A stretch of 64,000 nt of DNA from Verrucomicrobiota bacterium. GTDB taxonomy: Bacteria > Verrucomicrobiota > Verrucomicrobiia > Opitutales > Coraliomargaritaceae. Position numbers and translations under genes: made by a program. The stretch lies in contig JBCBZJ010000005.1 of NCBI GenBank assembly GCA_039815375.1, positions 82,337 to 146,336 of the forward strand, in the 5' to 3' direction. Below are positions 1 to 10,375 of the stretch, in pieces; within the stretch, counting starts at the first letter, position 1, and each line of letters opens with the position of its first letter. The notes below the pieces were generated by a model, which ran no database searches, was not told the DNA's origin, and was given only the letters and a program-made list of their open reading frames with translations.

Positions 1-235
1 CCTCCGTTTCGAGTGTAACTCCCTGAACCGGCTCGATTGAGCCGACGGCTTTGAGTTCATTGGACCAGATCTGCTGTTGTGCCTTATAGCTGGAAACACT
101 GACCGGCGGCAGCACCATTTCTTCCGCTGCCTTGGCCATGGCACCAAACTGCGAACCCTTTGTTGTGATGATCGCAAAAACCAGTAATCCAATCGCCACG
201 AATAGCAGGACAACGAAAATGATCTTGTTTTTCAT
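1..235 (-). CDS. RND efflux periplasmic adaptor (membrane fusion protein), N-terminal part; runs off the window edge
   Basis: Manual translation from ATG 235 gives MKNKIIFVVLLFVAIGLLVFAII...PPVSVSSYKAQQQIWSNELKAVGSIEPVQGVTLETE: TM anchor plus MFP-like 'AVGSIEPVQGV' motif. Not in the ORF track. Confidence 0.75.
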   Translation of the reverse strand, partial: MKNKIIFVVLLFVAIGLLVFAIITTKGSQFGAMAKAAEEMVLPPVSVSSYKAQQQIWSNELKAVGSIEPVQGVTLETE

Positions 236-432
236 GTTCTGAATGATAACCGCCCGAGTAATCGCCCAAGCCTAGGACGCATTACTAAAGGGGCGGATTT
301 TCTAAAATCAAACAATTGTTTGAATCTGACTGAAAAAAGTCACAGATTAATTGCTTCGAATTAGATAAAAAATCCAAAAACTCAGTTGACGGGTAGAAGT
401 CCGATTCCCTTAATCGCGCGTTTTCCGAGTGT

Positions 433-508
<76 letters not shown>

Positions 509-515
509 CTTTTTT

Positions 516-540
516 CCCACTTCCGGTGGGCTTTTTGTTT
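516..540 (+). terminator. Intrinsic terminator after tRNA-Phe
   Basis: CCCAC-ttccg-GTGGG hairpin followed by CTTTTTGTTT. Confidence 0.6.
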
Positions 541-592
541 CCGAGGTATTTCAGAGGTTGCTTTAGTACTTCTTCACCTTAGTCCAAAAACC

Positions 593-1996
593 ATGTCGGG
601 TCGAAAGATACTCAGCACCTACGAAAAAGCGCTCGCGATCAATTTAGATGCGAAACGTTACGGGGTGTTTGCAGAAATTGGCGCAGGTCAGGAAACAGCA
701 AATTGGTTTTTTCGAGTATCCGGAAGTGCGGGAACCGTGGCTAAAACGATTTCGGCCTATGATATGACGATGAGCGATGCGCTCTATGGCAAGTCGCAGC
801 GCTACGTCTCCGAATCACGGCTGGGTTCCATGCTTGAATATGAGTATGAGATTTTGAGAGAGCGGTTGAGTGAAAGTCGTGGTGCAGATTCTACCTTCTT
901 TGCCTTTTGCAATACGGTTCGTGCACGTGGCTATAATGATACGGGAGAGTGCTATGGCTGGTTGGGAATAAGGCTACAGCTCAAGCCGAAGACCGAGCCA
1001 TGTGATATTGTGATCCATGTTCGCTTGTTGGATGAGACCAACTCCGACCAGATGGAGGCGTTGGGTAAAATCGGTGTCAACCTGATCTATGCCGCATTTT
1101 ACTACCGCGATAGCTTGCAGGACTTCGTCGACTCACTGGCCGATGAAGTTTCCTCCGAGAGTATGGAGGTTGATATGCTGCGCTTTTCCGGTGATGGCTT
1201 TCGCTATGTGGATAATCGACTTTGTGCGCTGCAGCTCGTCCAGAGTGGTTTGACCGACGCTGCCATGTTCAATGAGTTTGGCAAAGTGGTTCAAGCTGCC
1301 GACGCACTTTACAAAAGACCTATCCTCCTTCTGCGCGGTAGCTTCAACCCTGTCCTTAAGTTGCATTTAGACATGATTCGTCAGTCCCGTGCAGTTTTCT
1401 CGAGAGCGATGGCTGAGGAGCAACTTGAGCGCTCGATCGAAGTCTGTGAGATCAGCACGAACAATTTGCTGCGTGATGACGGTGCGGTAGATCATGAGGA
1501 TTTTATTGATCGGGCTGATGTGCTTCAAGCCCTGGGCAAAACCGTTTTGATTACCCGCAGCGCGGAGTTCCACCGTATCGCGACCTATCTAAGCCGGTAT
1601 ACTGCCGAACCGATTGCCATTATCCTCAGCATAGGTCTTTTGAACGAGCTCTTTAAAGAAAAGTGGTCGAAAAATCTGGCTGGCGGTATCCTCGAGTCCT
1701 TTGGCCGTCTATTTAAAAATAGAGTTCAGCTCTATGTTTATCCCTGGCATAATATGCACAGCATGGAATTGGTGACTGCGGAGAACTTTAATGCTCCCGA
1801 GAATTGGGATCATTTCTATCAACACCTAATTCAAAATAAGCGAGTGATTCCAGTGGGTGTGGGCGACCCATCGCTGCTCGCTTACACGGGCCGCAAGATT
1901 GTAAAAATGATCGAGTCCAGCGATGGCGACTGGTCGAACTGGGTGCCTGAGGAAGCCCATGATATGGTGCATCGCAAGATTGGCCGTGTAGGCTAG
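593..1996 (+). CDS. Putative nicotinate/nicotinamide-nucleotide adenylyltransferase-like protein with a CinA/PncC-like N-terminal domain
   Basis: ATG 593 (the longer ORF-track start overlaps the tRNA). C-terminal half has a nucleotidyltransferase-like LLRGSFNPVLKLH motif; N-terminus resembles the CinA C-domain. Confidence 0.6.
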   Translation: MSGRKILSTYEKALAINLDAKRYGVFAEIGAGQETANWFFRVSGSAGTVAKTISAYDMTMSDALYGKSQRYVSESRLGSMLEYEYEILRERLSESRGADSTFFAFCNTVRARGYNDTGECYGWLGIRLQLKPKTEPCDIVIHVRLLDETNSDQMEALGKIGVNLIYAAFYYRDSLQDFVDSLADEVSSESMEVDMLRFSGDGFRYVDNRLCALQLVQSGLTDAAMFNEFGKVVQAADALYKRPILLLRGSFNPVLKLHLDMIRQSRAVFSRAMAEEQLERSIEVCEISTNNLLRDDGAVDHEDFIDRADVLQALGKTVLITRSAEFHRIATYLSRYTAEPIAIILSIGLLNELFKEKWSKNLAGGILESFGRLFKNRVQLYVYPWHNMHSMELVTAENFNAPENWDHFYQHLIQNKRVIPVGVGDPSLLAYTGRKIVKMIESSDGDWSNWVPEEAHDMVHRKIGRVG

Positions 1997-1997
1997 C

Positions 1998-2756
1998 ATG
2001 GCGGTTCTATGGAGTAATGTGGTCGACGGGAACCACTACGAAGTTCGTTCGGCTGGAGCGACCTTGCGGCTCTACCGCAATGGTGTAAACCACTCACAAT
2101 GGAACCCGATTCGTCCTTTGGCAGGCTCGATTTGGGATTTGATTGTTTTACCCGCTCTGCAGCGACCGCAAGGAAGCCTGCATGATGCTCTGATACTTGG
2201 CTTTGGTGCAGGCACTGTTGGTCGTCAATTACGAGATATAGTTGGTATTGAGCGAATCGTCGGTTTAGAGATGGACCCGATGCATCTTTCGATCGCGGAC
2301 GGCTTTTTCGACTGCTCAGAGGGTTGTGAGCTGATCGCGGGAGATGCTGTCGAGTGGGTCTACGAGGAGGGAATAGAAGGCACTTATGATTTGGTTATTG
2401 ATGACTTATACGCGGAAGAAGATGGAATTCCGGTCCGTAGTGCACCGTTGGATACAGATTGGTGTCGTAAATTAGCCGCTTTATTACGTCCCGGTGGCCT
2501 GTTGGTCTTTAATCTAATCGAGCCTGATAAAGTGAGCTCCATACCCCCCGTGCGTGATTCACAGTTAAACGAGAGATTCCCATTTAAGGTCGTGTATCAT
2601 ATTGACGGATACGAGAATCGGGTGCTTGCGCTAAGTGATGCCCCTTTTGCAGCCAAGGAGCTTGATGCCGCGTTGAAGCAGACCTGTCAGCGCTTCCCGA
2701 GGTGCTACGGTGTGGCCAAGCGCTACCTGTCCTATGTGCCTCAGTCCTTTGGCTAA
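1998..2756 (+). CDS. Spermidine synthase-like class I SAM-dependent methyltransferase
   Basis: LILGFGAG, GDAVEW, YDLVIDD and LRPGGLLVFN motifs. Confidence 0.75.
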   Translation: MAVLWSNVVDGNHYEVRSAGATLRLYRNGVNHSQWNPIRPLAGSIWDLIVLPALQRPQGSLHDALILGFGAGTVGRQLRDIVGIERIVGLEMDPMHLSIADGFFDCSEGCELIAGDAVEWVYEEGIEGTYDLVIDDLYAEEDGIPVRSAPLDTDWCRKLAALLRPGGLLVFNLIEPDKVSSIPPVRDSQLNERFPFKVVYHIDGYENRVLALSDAPFAAKELDAALKQTCQRFPRCYGVAKRYLSYVPQSFG

Positions 2757-4678
2757 AGGGGTTCTCTTTTGAGCGAGGTAATTACAATCTGCCCATCCAG
2801 CACACCTTCAAAACGAAAGAGGTAGTTTTCGCCATTATACGTACGCTCGATCTTCTCACCTGAACGGTAGGCAACCCCGTCTACGAAAATAGTCCCCTTA
2901 TTTTCCGGGCTATTTCCTTCGAACCAGGCATCGACTTTGATCGACTTTGAGGCCGCATTCCAGAGTTCAGCTTCTCCCGGAGATCGAGGCACTTTAAAGA
3001 TATATTCGTCGGTGAGTTTTGTGCTCAGTAAGTTACTCGGAAAATACTCGCTTTCGTCTTCCCAAATGATTTCCAGGTCCGCGAGTGGCTCAGGTTCTAG
3101 GCTGGAGGGGATCGGTAAAGGGGCATTTGGAAAGTCGCTGAATTGCCAGGTCGGCGTATAGTAACTCACTTTACTTTCGCCGCTTGGTAGAGAGCCGTCC
3201 AAAGCTAGACTTGGATTGAAACTACTTTCTAGTGCAAATGATGCAGCATTTTGACTGGCAAATGTATTGTTCGGGATGAAGCCACCTAAGCTTCCATTCG
3301 TTGCAAGACTTGCGATTCGTGAAGAAAGGTCTGCATCGAGCCATTGCTTTTGTTCCACGCTTGCACGAGCGGTGGCTGGCTCCTGAAAGATCACGATGTC
3401 CGTCAGCTTCTGGTCGATACTCTGGGTATTGGTGAATGCAAAGAATCTTGCAGGAGCAAATGAACCCATACTCCCGGGCGAGAAATTGACGGGCATACGC
3501 TCGCTGCGATCCTCCGGCAAGTCCCCATCTTTCCGATAGGAAGGCACATCGGGATTTAGATTGATGCCGTTTAATCTACCGCTGCCTCCGGTTGCGGATT
3601 CCAGACTCTGTGCCATACCCCTTAGGTCGGCTCTTCTAAACGTTTCGACGAGTTTGCCCGAGTTTGCCTGAAGATCTGAAATCTGGCTTCGGACTTTATA
3701 CATCTCCTCATCAAAGGCTTCGTCGCCGAACATGTCCTTTAGGAGTCCGGCGAATTGCTCGCTGTTTTCGCCACCAATCTTAACGCCTTTGAGGTTTTTA
3801 GTAATCTGCCTAAGTGATTCCAGAGTCGGAGGCATATCATTTGGTTCAGTGCTGCCTTCGGGCAGATCATCCGTGAAACCATAGACCTTGTTCATATCCT
3901 TCATGAAGCTGGCTAGATTCTGCAGATCCTCAGGAGTGGCATTCTTAAGATTCTCGAGCGAGTAGCGGTTTTCGAGGTCCACGCCTTGCTCCTGCATAAA
4001 CGCACTCATTGCTGCGCGATACTCGGCAAGCTCGTCCTCTGACATACTCTCCATAAAAGCTCTTCGCTCCTGAATGAAGTTGATTCCGGACGCGAGATCC
4101 TTCGATAAAACCTCCTGTTCTTTATCGGATGACAGAAAAGCAATTGTCGAGAGGGCTTCGCGCAGAATTCTACCGATGTTGTTGCGACTTTCACCTTGGT
4201 AGTTTTTAGCCTGTTCCATCAGCATTTTCGTCTTCTCGTTTGAAACACCGGCGTATTCCGCAAAACGCTGGCCCTCCGGCATAATTTTGAGAGAGAGGAT
4301 CGGCGTGTAGTGGGCGAGAGCTAACTGTGCTGCGACGATTGCGATAGAACTTAGGATGCTACCAATTACCGGGATCGAGACTAATTTGAAGACCAGAACA
4401 AAAGAAGTCAGAAACAATATGATCGCGATCAAAGCCATGATCACAGTCAAATCGACCGATCCGAGATAGTGGGTGTTGTTGAGTAGGAAGACTCGGGTGA
4501 TGACTAAGAGAGTCGCAATCATCAGACCAGTGAAGAGCTTCGCATCGCCAAAGCCTTTGGAGAGAAGCTTGCAGGCTAAGACGACGACTATCCCCAGAAC
4601 AAAGACTGAAGTAAGGTGCAATAGCCCATCAAGTGCCAACACTACAAATTCGTTCGAGAGTAGGGCTTTAAAATTCAC
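2753..4678 (-). CDS. Hypothetical membrane protein (about 4 N-terminal TM helices, long soluble C-terminus)
   Basis: 641-aa ORF; hydrophobic first ~125 aa. Confidence 0.7.
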   Translation of the reverse strand: MNFKALLSNEFVVLALDGLLHLTSVFVLGIVVVLACKLLSKGFGDAKLFTGLMIATLLVITRVFLLNNTHYLGSVDLTVIMALIAIILFLTSFVLVFKLVSIPVIGSILSSIAIVAAQLALAHYTPILSLKIMPEGQRFAEYAGVSNEKTKMLMEQAKNYQGESRNNIGRILREALSTIAFLSSDKEQEVLSKDLASGINFIQERRAFMESMSEDELAEYRAAMSAFMQEQGVDLENRYSLENLKNATPEDLQNLASFMKDMNKVYGFTDDLPEGSTEPNDMPPTLESLRQITKNLKGVKIGGENSEQFAGLLKDMFGDEAFDEEMYKVRSQISDLQANSGKLVETFRRADLRGMAQSLESATGGSGRLNGINLNPDVPSYRKDGDLPEDRSERMPVNFSPGSMGSFAPARFFAFTNTQSIDQKLTDIVIFQEPATARASVEQKQWLDADLSSRIASLATNGSLGGFIPNNTFASQNAASFALESSFNPSLALDGSLPSGESKVSYYTPTWQFSDFPNAPLPIPSSLEPEPLADLEIIWEDESEYFPSNLLSTKLTDEYIFKVPRSPGEAELWNAASKSIKVDAWFEGNSPENKGTIFVDGVAYRSGEKIERTYNGENYLFRFEGVLDGQIVITSLKREPL

Positions 4679-4823
4679 AGCAGTTCCTAAGACTTTGTTT
4701 TTGTCTTATTTTCTCGGCAAGCCCAAACGGAAACCTTGCTAAGGCGGTTTGTAGGCTACGGTAAAATTCTTAAGAAATCCCTTTACAGTGTCTCACGAGG
4801 GACCTTTAGTCCTCCGTTTCACT

Positions 4824-4905
<82 letters not shown>

Positions 4906-4909
4906 ATTT

Positions 4910-4940
4910 AAGGTCGTCACTGATGTGGCGGCCTTCTTTG
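4910..4940 (+). terminator. Hairpin/terminator after tRNA-Met
   Basis: AAGGTCGTCAC-tgat-GTGGCGGCCTT then CTTTG. Confidence 0.5.
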
Positions 4941-4948
4941 TGCATGTT

Positions 4949-5290
4949 GTGGATAATTCTTACAAAGTATACGTTTTAGAGAATCCAAATGGAAAGCGCT
5001 ACATTGGTCTATCGGCTGATGTTGTCGAAAGGCTTCATCAGCACAACAATGGTGAATCGAAATGGACCTCTAGGTATTGCCCTTGGGAGTTGGTTTGGGC
5101 CAGCGATGAGTTGAGTCTTTCGGAAGCCCGTAAACTCGAAAACAAATTGAAGCGCCAAGGTCGAGGTTCAGGATTCTATTCGATAACCGGTCTGGACCGA
5201 CTTAATCTAAGGCCTTTGTTGGAAGAAAAGGGTATTTCTGCATCTAAAGATCTGCAAACCGGTAAGTCTTTTCCGGCGCCGTTTCGTTGA
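4949..5290 (+). CDS. GIY-YIG nuclease family protein (UPF0213/SLX1-like)
   Basis: YKVYVL...RYIG...ERLHQHN...KWT...PWELV...EARKLE motifs; GTG start inferred. Confidence 0.85.
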   Translation: MDNSYKVYVLENPNGKRYIGLSADVVERLHQHNNGESKWTSRYCPWELVWASDELSLSEARKLENKLKRQGRGSGFYSITGLDRLNLRPLLEEKGISASKDLQTGKSFPAPFR

Positions 5291-5603
5291 TGGCAAGGCG
5301 ATCTTTGTTGATTGGAAGTGTCAGAACAATGGAAGGCTTGTCGTCGGACCGCCCCGTGTAAGTCAATTGTCCAAGCCATGGACTTTTTTTCTCGGTGAAG
5401 TTGTAACTGCGACTCTCAAGGTCTTTGCCTAGTGCGACCATTTTTCCACGACTCATTCCGGTTCCGGCAAAATCGAGTATGAGGTAGCCATTATCGCCCT
5501 TATCTTCATCGAAGACGCAATTTACTTCCGGCGTGTGCTTCTGGACGATGACCAGTAATTTAGAAGTTTTTTCAAGTCGGTGGCGCAGGCTTCGAGGCTT
5601 CAT
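5244..5603 (-). CDS. Hypothetical protein
   Basis: ORF from ATG 5603 (MKPRSLRHRLEK...). Confidence 0.65.
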   Translation of the reverse strand: MKPRSLRHRLEKTSKLLVIVQKHTPEVNCVFDEDKGDNGYLILDFAGTGMSRGKMVALGKDLESRSYNFTEKKSPWLGQLTYTGRSDDKPSIVLTLPINKDRLAINETAPEKTYRFADL

Positions 5604-5676
5604 TGAGCGAATATGAATAGCAGAGTTTTGATAATCAAGATTCGCCTTTGTTCCCAATTATGCTTTAGTCATTCAA

Positions 5677-6216
5677 ATGATTTCTATACTCGTTGGAACC
5701 AACCGTCCTGACGCAAACAGCCGTAAAGTGGCTGGCAAGTTACTCGAGCTCTACCAGTCTGCCGGTTTTGATGCGCAGGTGATTGATCTTGAGGAGTTGC
5801 CTCCAGAGATCTTCAAGCCGGAAGCTTACAGCGATAAGCCGGCCTCCTTTAAACCTTTTGCCGATGCGGTTCTCTCTTCATCAGGGCTTCACGTTGTGAC
5901 ACCAGAATACAACGGCGGTTTTCCGGGCGTATTAAAATACTTTATCGATATGTTACCCTTCCCCGAGAGTTTTGAAGGACGCCCTGTCGCTTTTAACGGA
6001 GTTGCTGCCGGTATGTTCGGTGCACTGCGTCCCATCGAGCAGCTACAACAGATTTTCGGTTATCGAAATGCCAATATCTTTCCGAACCGGGTTTTCATCA
6101 TGAAGGTTCATGAGAGTTTCAATGATAGTGGTGAGATAGTAGATGAAAAGCTTCTCGCCCGTCTGGATTCCCAAGCCAAAGGGTTCGCCGGCTTTGTTGG
6201 TCAATTGAAAGGCTAG
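5677..6216 (+). CDS. NADPH-dependent FMN reductase
   Basis: GTNRPDANS and TPEYNGGFPGVLKYFID motifs. Confidence 0.9.
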   Translation: MISILVGTNRPDANSRKVAGKLLELYQSAGFDAQVIDLEELPPEIFKPEAYSDKPASFKPFADAVLSSSGLHVVTPEYNGGFPGVLKYFIDMLPFPESFEGRPVAFNGVAAGMFGALRPIEQLQQIFGYRNANIFPNRVFIMKVHESFNDSGEIVDEKLLARLDSQAKGFAGFVGQLKG

Positions 6217-7085
6217 ATGTGCTGGAATAGTTGTTGTGCGTTCCAGCGGAAAAGCATCTCAAGTTCAGTATCCGACAGGCTGCCTTCGTTCTGGATCTGA
6301 TCGATGAATTTTTTCATGTCTGCTTGTTTTTGTAGACGAGGGTACAGGCGTAAGGGGTAGTCGGAACCAAAGAGAATTTTCTCGGGCCCAACTCGTTCAA
6401 TCACTTCGCGAAACTTGTCCACATCATAGAGCAGGGGATTGGCCGAAGAATCGAAGTAGAGATTTTTCGGCAATGGCTGATCGGTGAGCCACGGAATACC
6501 GCCGCCCCAGTGTGCCAGAATGATTTTCAGCTCGGGTGTTTTCTCAGCCATCCGTAAATAGTCATCGAGAGGCGTTGCAACAGCACTGGGATGGTCGCCC
6601 GAATCGGCCGAAGCATGGAAGTTGACGGGCCAATCGTGCGTCGCGCACCATGTGGACATGCTCAGCCAATGTGGATCTTGTGAATCGAAGCCTTGAATTC
6701 CCGGGTGGAGTTCGCCGGCACCACAAAGGCCGAGCTCTTGAGCATATTCCAATTGCTCAATCACATCGACGTTCGGAAGAATCGATGCAAATCCAATAAA
6801 ACGATCCGGTGCCTGCGCAACCCAATCTGAGATGATTCTATTGTGCCAACGACAAGTCGCTTCGTTTTCCCAATACCAGCCAAGCAAGGCGGCCTTATCG
6901 ACACCGGCTCGGTCCATTTGGACCAACATTTGCTCGGGCGTGGCCCAGTCCTGAATACTCTTCCTGTCAGTCGGAGTAACGAGCTCGGCCCAATGGAGCT
7001 CATTGTTCGCCTCTGCCCATTTTCGTGGCGCCGAGCTCACCTCTTTGGGGTAGCAATGGGTATGGCAGTCGATGATCATGCTCAT
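6213..7085 (-). CDS. Amidohydrolase_2 family metallo-hydrolase
   Basis: IIDCHTH, ILAHWGGG and ILFGSDYP motifs. Confidence 0.88.
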   Translation of the reverse strand: MSMIIDCHTHCYPKEVSSAPRKWAEANNELHWAELVTPTDRKSIQDWATPEQMLVQMDRAGVDKAALLGWYWENEATCRWHNRIISDWVAQAPDRFIGFASILPNVDVIEQLEYAQELGLCGAGELHPGIQGFDSQDPHWLSMSTWCATHDWPVNFHASADSGDHPSAVATPLDDYLRMAEKTPELKIILAHWGGGIPWLTDQPLPKNLYFDSSANPLLYDVDKFREVIERVGPEKILFGSDYPLRLYPRLQKQADMKKFIDQIQNEGSLSDTELEMLFRWNAQQLFQHI

Positions 7086-7131
7086 TCTTTTGAGGAATCT
7101 GCCTTTTTCGTTTCCATCTACAAGCACGCAC

Positions 7132-7944
7132 ATGCCTGAACTCGCTGAAGTTGAATATTATCGCAAGCAATGGTCACCCGGGATCGGACTGATGGTCCGA
7201 TCGGTTCACTTAAATGAGAAGAAGAGGATTTTTCGAGGTGAGGACACTGAAGCCCTTCAAAGTAGTCTAGTCGGACAGACACTTGAGCGGTCAGAAACGC
7301 ATGGAAAACAGATGCTATTTGTTCTTGGGGAGCGTCACTGGCTTGGTATTCATCTTGGCATGACGGGAGAGACCTCCGTTCAACCCGTAGACTATAAGCG
7401 GCAGAAACACGATCATCTGGTTCTGGAAATGGAGTCGGGTCTAAGGCTCGTCTATTCGGACCCGCGTATGTTTGGGCGTATTCGCTATGCAACCGGTCTG
7501 GAGGCTCCCGATTGGTGGGCGATTCTTCCGCCGCAGATTTTATCCGAATCATTTACGATCGAATACATGCAGGCTTTTCTGAAACGGCGTGCCAAAGCTC
7601 CAATCAAAGCCGTCCTGCTCATGCAGGAGGCATTTCCTGGAGTCGGGAACTGGATGGCTGACGAGATTCTTTGGCGCTGTCGTATCTATCCTGCTGTGCC
7701 TGCCGGTTGCATCGGTTCGAGCAAGCGTATTGAATTGTTTGATACACTAAAGGAGGTCTGTCGCGAGGCCATCCGTGTGATTGGCACGGATTGGAACAGG
7801 CCTCCGGATAATTGGCTTTTCAACCACAGATGGAAAGACGGCGGCACATGTCCAGCTACGGGAAAGCCGTTGTGTCGGGAGCCCATCGGTGGCCGAACCA
7901 CCTGTTGGTCACCTAGTTGGCAGACCTACCGTGGAAAAAGCTAA
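7132..7944 (+). CDS. Fpg/Nei family DNA glycosylase/AP lyase
   Basis: N-terminal MPELAEVE, HLGMTG, DPRMFG and GVGNWMADEIL (H2TH) motifs. Confidence 0.92.
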   Translation: MPELAEVEYYRKQWSPGIGLMVRSVHLNEKKRIFRGEDTEALQSSLVGQTLERSETHGKQMLFVLGERHWLGIHLGMTGETSVQPVDYKRQKHDHLVLEMESGLRLVYSDPRMFGRIRYATGLEAPDWWAILPPQILSESFTIEYMQAFLKRRAKAPIKAVLLMQEAFPGVGNWMADEILWRCRIYPAVPAGCIGSSKRIELFDTLKEVCREAIRVIGTDWNRPPDNWLFNHRWKDGGTCPATGKPLCREPIGGRTTCWSPSWQTYRGKS

Positions 7945-7986
7945 GTCTCAGCAGTTGTCATTCCTCCAGAATCGGCTTTGAATGCC

Positions 7987-8823
7987 ATGATGAACTGGCA
8001 AACTGCCCGCAAATTTGAAGACATCCTCTATGAAAAGTGTGATGGCATCGCTAAGGTGACGATTAATCGACCGCATCGTCGCAATGCCTTCACGCCGGAC
8101 ACAGTTGCAGAGATGATCGAAGCTTTCTCTGATGCGAAAGACGACACTTCGATCGGCGTTGTTCTGTTAACTGGCTTCAATCCGCAGACAGATGGAAGAT
8201 TCGCCTTTTGTGCGGGTGGCGATCAGAAGATCCGTGGTCATAAGGCCGGCGGTTATGTCGGGAAGGACGGCGTGCCACGGCTTAATGTGCTTGATCTGCA
8301 AAAACTCATCCGCTCGATGCCCAAGGTTGTCATTGCACTCGTGGCGGGTTACGCAATTGGAGGCGGTCACGTTCTGCATGTCGTGTGTGACATGACCATT
8401 GCGGCGGACAATGCCGTTTTCGGTCAAACCGGCCCTAAGGTGGGTAGTTTCGACGGTGGCTTTGGTTCAAGTTATCTGGCTCGGATTATCGGTCAGAAGA
8501 AGGCACGTGAAATCTGGTATTTGTGCCGCCAATACAGTGCTCAGGAGGCACTCGATATGGGCTTGGTCAATAAGGTTGTGCCCTATGAGCTGCTCGAGTC
8601 AGAGGGCGTGCAATGGGCGAGTGAAATTTTGCAGCACAGTCCGCTGTCGATTCGCTGTTTGAAAGCTGCTTTTAATGCAGACGTTGACGGGCAGCAAGGA
8701 CTGCAGGAGCTCGCCGGTAATGCAACGCTCCTTTACTATTTGACCGAAGAGGGCGAAGAGGGGCGAAAGGCCTGGAATGAAAAGCGCCCGCCCGAATATA
8801 AAAAGTATCCTTGGCTCCCATGA
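7987..8823 (+). CDS. menB: 1,4-dihydroxy-2-naphthoyl-CoA synthase
   Basis: [43 protein letters not shown] motifs. Confidence 0.96.
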   Translation: MMNWQTARKFEDILYEKCDGIAKVTINRPHRRNAFTPDTVAEMIEAFSDAKDDTSIGVVLLTGFNPQTDGRFAFCAGGDQKIRGHKAGGYVGKDGVPRLNVLDLQKLIRSMPKVVIALVAGYAIGGGHVLHVVCDMTIAADNAVFGQTGPKVGSFDGGFGSSYLARIIGQKKAREIWYLCRQYSAQEALDMGLVNKVVPYELLESEGVQWASEILQHSPLSIRCLKAAFNADVDGQQGLQELAGNATLLYYLTEEGEEGRKAWNEKRPPEYKKYPWLP

Positions 8824-10319
8824 TTTTAATAAGATACCACCACTTGTTTCTTCTACTTTTAGTATGTAGCCCTCTTTTTATCGGTTGCGCGGCCGAAGAG
8901 GAGACCAAATTCACAGTCGTTGCCTACAATGTGGAGAACTTCTTTGACATCGATGGAGTCGCGATGTTTGACGACTACAAGGTTCCTGACGAGCCCGGTG
9001 CTTTTACCTACTCTCGCCATAAGCTTGCTACCAAACTGAACAATGCAGTTGCCGTTTTGAAGACGCTGGACAGCGGTGCGGGGCCGGATGTTATTCTCTT
9101 TCAGGAGTTTGAAAACGACTTCACACCTGAATCCTCGGTAGAAGACTTCGATGCTTTTCTTTCTGCACACATCGAGACGACTGTAAACGAGATGCTTCTT
9201 GAAGGATGGAAGGAAGAGTTTGCCGGAATCCCTTCGGTCGCATGGATGGTCAAAGCAATGGCTGACGCGGGAATGTCGGGTTATGAAGTGGCGGTTGCTC
9301 CGGTCAAGACCTTCGACTCGGGGATCGCCCATGTGAACGCGATCTTTTCACGATTTCCAATTCAGCAGGCCATCTCTCATCCCACACCGGATGCTCGGGA
9401 TATCCTTGAGGCGCAACTATCAGTCAACGGGAACGCTATTTGGGTTTATTGCAATCATTGGAAGTCGGGTGCCTCAAGCCCTTCGAGGGAACCGATCCGG
9501 GTGGAAAATGCGAAGACTCTGCGTGCTCTGGTAGATGCACGGCTGGCGGAAGACCCGCAGGCTGATATCATAATCGGCGGCGACTTGAACTCGCATTACA
9601 ATCATTCAATTCTCTTTCCGGAAATCGAAACTGGAATAAACGACGTGCTTGGTTCTCACGGCAGCGAGGCCTTTGCCGAGAATGACCTCTACAATCTATG
9701 GTTTGAGCTTCCGGTTCCAGAGCGCTACTCTGAAGTCTGGAGAGGGCGCCGGGGCACACTCATGCATCTTCTCGTTTCTTCCGGGCTCTATGATGGAGCC
9801 GGGGTAAGTTACGTTGATCAGAGCTTCGATAAACTTGTAATCAAAGGGCTTAATGCGGATCAGCTTGGTCGGCCGCGTAGCTGGCACTTCGCAGGCAAAA
9901 CTGGCGGTGGCGTTTCAGATCACTTTCCGGTTTTTGCCAAATTCTCGACGGCCTCATTTTCTCCTGTTGCTGATCTTTCAACTGGTCTTGATGCACCTGC
10001 CGAAGAGATTCCGCTTGGCTTCGAATCGGAAAATGTCCGTATCGGAGCGCTGCCGGATGGCGAATATCTTGCCGAGCTAACGGATGACGAGCTGGCAGCG
10101 AAAGTGGACATACTGCACGTTGTGGAAGCAGAAGTAACCAGTTTCCGGCCTCTTCGATTACGAGTGAATCAGAATGACTGGGCTGCTTATGCGCCAGCGA
10201 GCCGTAATGTGGATCAGCTTCGTCGGATCGGACTTCGTAAAAAGACTCCGATGGTTGTCAGTCCGGGCTTCTGGAGGGGTGAGCGCCAGTTGATTGTCGA
10301 GGGAATAGTCACACGCTAG
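8820..10319 (+). CDS. Secreted/lipoprotein endonuclease/exonuclease/phosphatase (EEP) family protein
   Basis: Lipobox-like [27 protein letters not shown] and SDHFPV motifs. Confidence 0.88.
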   Translation: MILIRYHHLFLLLLVCSPLFIGCAAEEETKFTVVAYNVENFFDIDGVAMFDDYKVPDEPGAFTYSRHKLATKLNNAVAVLKTLDSGAGPDVILFQEFENDFTPESSVEDFDAFLSAHIETTVNEMLLEGWKEEFAGIPSVAWMVKAMADAGMSGYEVAVAPVKTFDSGIAHVNAIFSRFPIQQAISHPTPDARDILEAQLSVNGNAIWVYCNHWKSGASSPSREPIRVENAKTLRALVDARLAEDPQADIIIGGDLNSHYNHSILFPEIETGINDVLGSHGSEAFAENDLYNLWFELPVPERYSEVWRGRRGTLMHLLVSSGLYDGAGVSYVDQSFDKLVIKGLNADQLGRPRSWHFAGKTGGGVSDHFPVFAKFSTASFSPVADLSTGLDAPAEEIPLGFESENVRIGALPDGEYLAELTDDELAAKVDILHVVEAEVTSFRPLRLRVNQNDWAAYAPASRNVDQLRRIGLRKKTPMVVSPGFWRGERQLIVEGIVTR

Positions 10320-10375
10320 ACTTCTCGAAGTGGGCTTGCACCGATGCGCCATTTCGCGCAACTTCCACCGCTTCC

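Noticed and set aside
386..414. Sigma70 promoter for tRNA-Phe (TTGACG-17-CTTAAT)
   Set aside because: Plausible, but the -10 match is too weak to call.
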